Part shown: positions 61,187 to 64,000 of the stretch, one piece after another
How the letters are laid out: every line of letters starts with the position of its first letter
Position numbering within the stretch: the stretch's first letter is position 1
Assembly: GCA_964636005.1 (NCBI GenBank)
Contig: CAZWPZ010000044.1
Span: 9,694 to 73,693 of the forward strand
Reading direction: 5' to 3'
Length of the DNA stretch: 64,000 nucleotides
Source: an uncultured Eudoraea sp.
GTDB lineage: Bacteria; Bacteroidota; Bacteroidia; Flavobacteriales; Flavobacteriaceae
Position numbers and translations under genes: made by a program
Notes under the pieces: generated by a model
The model's database searches: none
Seen by the model: the letters and a program-made list of their open reading frames with translations, nothing else
What the model was told of the DNA's origin: nothing

Positions 61187-61575
61187 AATTTTAAATTTTG
61201 TTATTACTATTGTTTTTTTTTGACTCGTTCTTAACGAACTACAACTAATAGACGAGAGAAAAATAAAATTGTTACAGTACTATGTTATAACAAGTACCGT
61301 TTTATGCAATTTTTAACAAGTACATTTCATTAAAATAGGAGTTAAGTATCTGTTTTTCTGTTTTTTATGTAAATTTTCGGACTCTTAATAAACTAGAAAG
61401 AAAAATTTCGATTCTTTAGAATGTTAGGTCAATAGCACAAAAAAGAGAGGGAATACTTCTTAAAGAGCCAAGAATCTCTTATCTTGTATAGAGCACATTT
61501 TCCCAAACCTAACATAAGTCATAAACTGCGTTATAATAACTGACTAGCTTGGTTAGATATTCTAAATAAACGATT

Positions 61576-63681
61576 ATGAAAGTATATGACGACAAGCACA
61601 TTAAAAATGTGGTTTTTGTAGGTGCCCACAATAGCGGCAAAACTACCCTGGCAGAAACTATGGTATTTGAAGCCGGATTAATTAATAGAAGAGGAAGCGT
61701 AGAATTAAGGAATACGGTTTCCGACTACCATGAAATTGAGCATGAAAGGGGTACTTCCGTATTTGCAACTCCTTTACATACAGAGTGGCGAAATTATAAA
61801 ATTAATATCATTGACACTCCTGGGCTCGACGATTTCGTAGGAGAAATAATCTCTTCTATACGGGTTGCCGATACTATAGTAACGGTTATTAATGCGCAAC
61901 ATGGCGTTGAAATAGGTACAGAGATCATATGGAACTATGTTAGCAATTACTCCAAACCAACCTTATTTGTCGTTAACCAAATAGATCATATTAATGCTAA
62001 TTATGAAAATACCCTCAAAGGAATTCACGCCTTAGTGGGTAACAATGGTGTGCTTGTTCAGTATCCTACAACCATTGAAGGGGCACAATGTATCATAGAT
62101 GTCCTAAAGATGAAGTGCTATAAATTTTCTAAGAACGGAGGAAAGCCAGAAAAACTGGCTATTCCAGAAGACCATCAGGAAAGAGCCAATAAGCTTCATA
62201 ACGAATTGGTAGAGAAAGCTGCCGAAAATGACGAGGAATTAATGGAGCTTTTTTTCGATAAAGGCACGCTCAATGAAAATGAAATGAGACAGGGCATAAA
62301 AGCAGGTATGCTAAATCATGAGCTATTTCCAATTTTCTGTGTCTCGGCATTACAGGATATGGGTAGTGGCAGACTTATGGGTTTCATCGATAATGTAGCG
62401 CCTGCTGCAGCCGATCTCACTCCTGAACAGACCACCGAAGGAGAAGTACTTGTAAGGAAAAAAGAAGCCGCAACGGTACTCTTTGTTTTTAAAACGGTCT
62501 ACCAGCCTAATCTAGGACAAATATCCTTTTTTAAGGTTAAATCGGGATCTATATCTACTAATGATAAATTACAAAACTCAAGAACTGGGGAAATAGAAGT
62601 ACTTAACCACCTCTATATCATGGATGGCAAAAAGCGAGAACCTGTTTCGAAATTGGAGGTTGGGGATATCGGTGCGACTCTTAAATTAAAAAATACCGAG
62701 ACAAACGATACACTTCATGAAATAAATTCAAGGATTACTATAAAACCAATAAACTATCCATCGCCCAGAACCAGAAAGGCAGTTTCGGCTGTCCACAAAA
62801 ATGAAGAGGAAAAACTAAGCGATGCCTTGAAAAAAATTCATTCGCAAGACCCCACCGTAGAACTAGAATATTTTAAAGAATTAAAACAACAAATATTAGG
62901 TTGTCAGGGAGAGTTACACTTGGCAACAATAAATTGGACCTTAAAAAACATTTATGGAATTGAGGCAAAATTTGAAAGACCCAAAATAGCTTATAGAGAA
63001 ACTATTCAACGTGCATCAAATGCAAACTATAGACACAAGAAGCAGTCGGGAGGTGCCGGACAATTTGCTCAGGTACACCTAAAAATAGAACCTTGGTACG
63101 AGGGCATACCAGAACCAGAAGGTTTTAATATTAGAGGTAAAGAAGAAATAGATCTAGTCTGGGGAGGTAAACTTGTATTTTATAATTGCATTGTAGGTGG
63201 GGTTATTGATTTGCGATACCTTCCATCTATTAAGAAAGGAATTCTGGAGGTTATGGAGTCCGGACCTCTTACAGGATCTTATATCCGGGATATCAGAGTT
63301 ATGGTCTACGACGGTAAAATGCATTCGGTAGACTCCAATGATATTGCTTTTAAAATTGCAGGGGCTCATGCTTTTAAGGAAGCCTTTTTAAATGCAAAAC
63401 CAAAACTTTTAGAACCGATTCAGGAGCTAACTGTAAAAGTTCCGGAAGATATGGTAGGAAGTGTAATGACCGACCTTCAGTCCAGGCGATCCATAATTCA
63501 GGGAATAGACAGTGAAGACCATTATCAAATTCTAAAATGTATGGTGCCTCAAGCAGAATTACACGGTTATTCTACCAACTTACGATCCTTGACACAAGGC
63601 AAAGCTACCTTCAATGCTTCCTTCGCAACCTTCAAGGCCGTACCCAACAACCTGCAGGCATCCTTGGTAAATGTAGACTAG
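61576..63681 (+). CDS. elongation factor G family GTPase, divergent paralogue
   Basis: 701 aa with full five-domain EF-G length. Motifs GAHNSGKT, RGTS, DTPGLDDF, NQID and KKQSGGAGQFAQV. It is not in an rpsL-rpsG-fusA context. Confidence 0.85.
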   Translation: MKVYDDKHIKNVVFVGAHNSGKTTLAETMVFEAGLINRRGSVELRNTVSDYHEIEHERGTSVFATPLHTEWRNYKINIIDTPGLDDFVGEIISSIRVADTIVTVINAQHGVEIGTEIIWNYVSNYSKPTLFVVNQIDHINANYENTLKGIHALVGNNGVLVQYPTTIEGAQCIIDVLKMKCYKFSKNGGKPEKLAIPEDHQERANKLHNELVEKAAENDEELMELFFDKGTLNENEMRQGIKAGMLNHELFPIFCVSALQDMGSGRLMGFIDNVAPAAADLTPEQTTEGEVLVRKKEAATVLFVFKTVYQPNLGQISFFKVKSGSISTNDKLQNSRTGEIEVLNHLYIMDGKKREPVSKLEVGDIGATLKLKNTETNDTLHEINSRITIKPINYPSPRTRKAVSAVHKNEEEKLSDALKKIHSQDPTVELEYFKELKQQILGCQGELHLATINWTLKNIYGIEAKFERPKIAYRETIQRASNANYRHKKQSGGAGQFAQVHLKIEPWYEGIPEPEGFNIRGKEEIDLVWGGKLVFYNCIVGGVIDLRYLPSIKKGILEVMESGPLTGSYIRDIRVMVYDGKMHSVDSNDIAFKIAGAHAFKEAFLNAKPKLLEPIQELTVKVPEDMVGSVMTDLQSRRSIIQGIDSEDHYQILKCMVPQAELHGYSTNLRSLTQGKATFNASFATFKAVPNNLQASLVNVD

Positions 63682-63798
63682 AGAAATCCTAAAACATATT
63701 CCTTAGGTATTTTCTAATTACTACCGATGAAATACACGATAACAAGAATAGAAAGTTCTAATATTTGTAGTATTTTTCTGTAAATTAACCATACCCTG

Positions 63799-64000
63799 AT
63801 GAAGCCGTTTTTTCATTATATCGATCTGCACTGTCATCCTTCTCTAAAGCCTTTTGGCAAGAGTTTTAATAAACTTCCTGTTGGCAGGCAAAACGCACGT
63901 AAAAACAGCAATAAAAATTTATGGCATTACGATCCACCAACGGGAATGGATAAGCTTTTGAATATTACTACTGGTCTTACCAAATTTTCGCAGTCTAACT
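63799..64000 (+). CDS. hypothetical metal-dependent hydrolase-like protein, 5-prime part (runs off window)
   Basis: Open frame from ATG 63799 to the window end: MKPFFHYIDLHCHPSLKPF... The DLHCH motif resembles amidohydrolase/dipeptidase N-termini. Confidence 0.45.
   Translation, partial: MKPFFHYIDLHCHPSLKPFGKSFNKLPVGRQNARKNSNKNLWHYDPPTGMDKLLNITTGLTKFSQSN

Noticed and set aside
1-64000. A window-wide search for CRISPR arrays, rRNA or tRNA genes, transposases, integrases, phage genes and long inverted or direct repeats.
   Set aside because: I saw none by eye. The only tandem DNA-level repeats are the small-ORF triplet at 60.77-61.19 kb and the diverged protein repeats at 55.9-57.1 kb. A computational scan (tRNAscan, Infernal, repeat finder) could still find short elements that I missed.

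Overview
This is a visibly AT-rich chromosomal segment that looks like a Flavobacteriia/Bacteroidota genome. Supporting signs are a T9SS type-B sorting-domain protein, a 287-aa sigma-A type RpoD, A-rich leaders without Shine-Dalgarno sequences, and many lipoprotein and Tat signals. Most of the window is core metabolism. It holds a his operon (hisG-D-C-B-H-[GNAT]-A-[DinB-like]-F-IE), cysE-cysK, truA, menB and rpoD. It also holds a two-subunit molybdo-oxidoreductase in one operon with seven molybdenum-cofactor genes, a peptidoglycan-trimming trio, and several exported hydrolases. I saw no rRNA, tRNA, CRISPR array, transposase or integrase. Three regions stand out. (1) At 18.5-28.1 kb there is a tightly packed synthase-dependent exopolysaccharide locus: a sensor-less hybrid kinase, a single-domain receiver, a TM-HEAT-acidic protein, a PgaC/BcsA-like GT2, a polytopic LtaS/BcsG-like protein with a TPR tail, and a TPR + YaiO-like barrel. 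It has no c-di-GMP parts. (2) At its 3-prime end sit two paralogous acidic peptide ORFs of about 32 aa. (3) At 60.77-61.19 kb there are three tandem 37-codon ORFs, below the 60-aa floor of the ORF track, that encode strongly basic paralogous peptides. They are divergent from an EF-G paralogue in which the catalytic His of DTPGH and the Lys of NKxD are replaced. All calls rest on hand reading of motifs; no database search was run.
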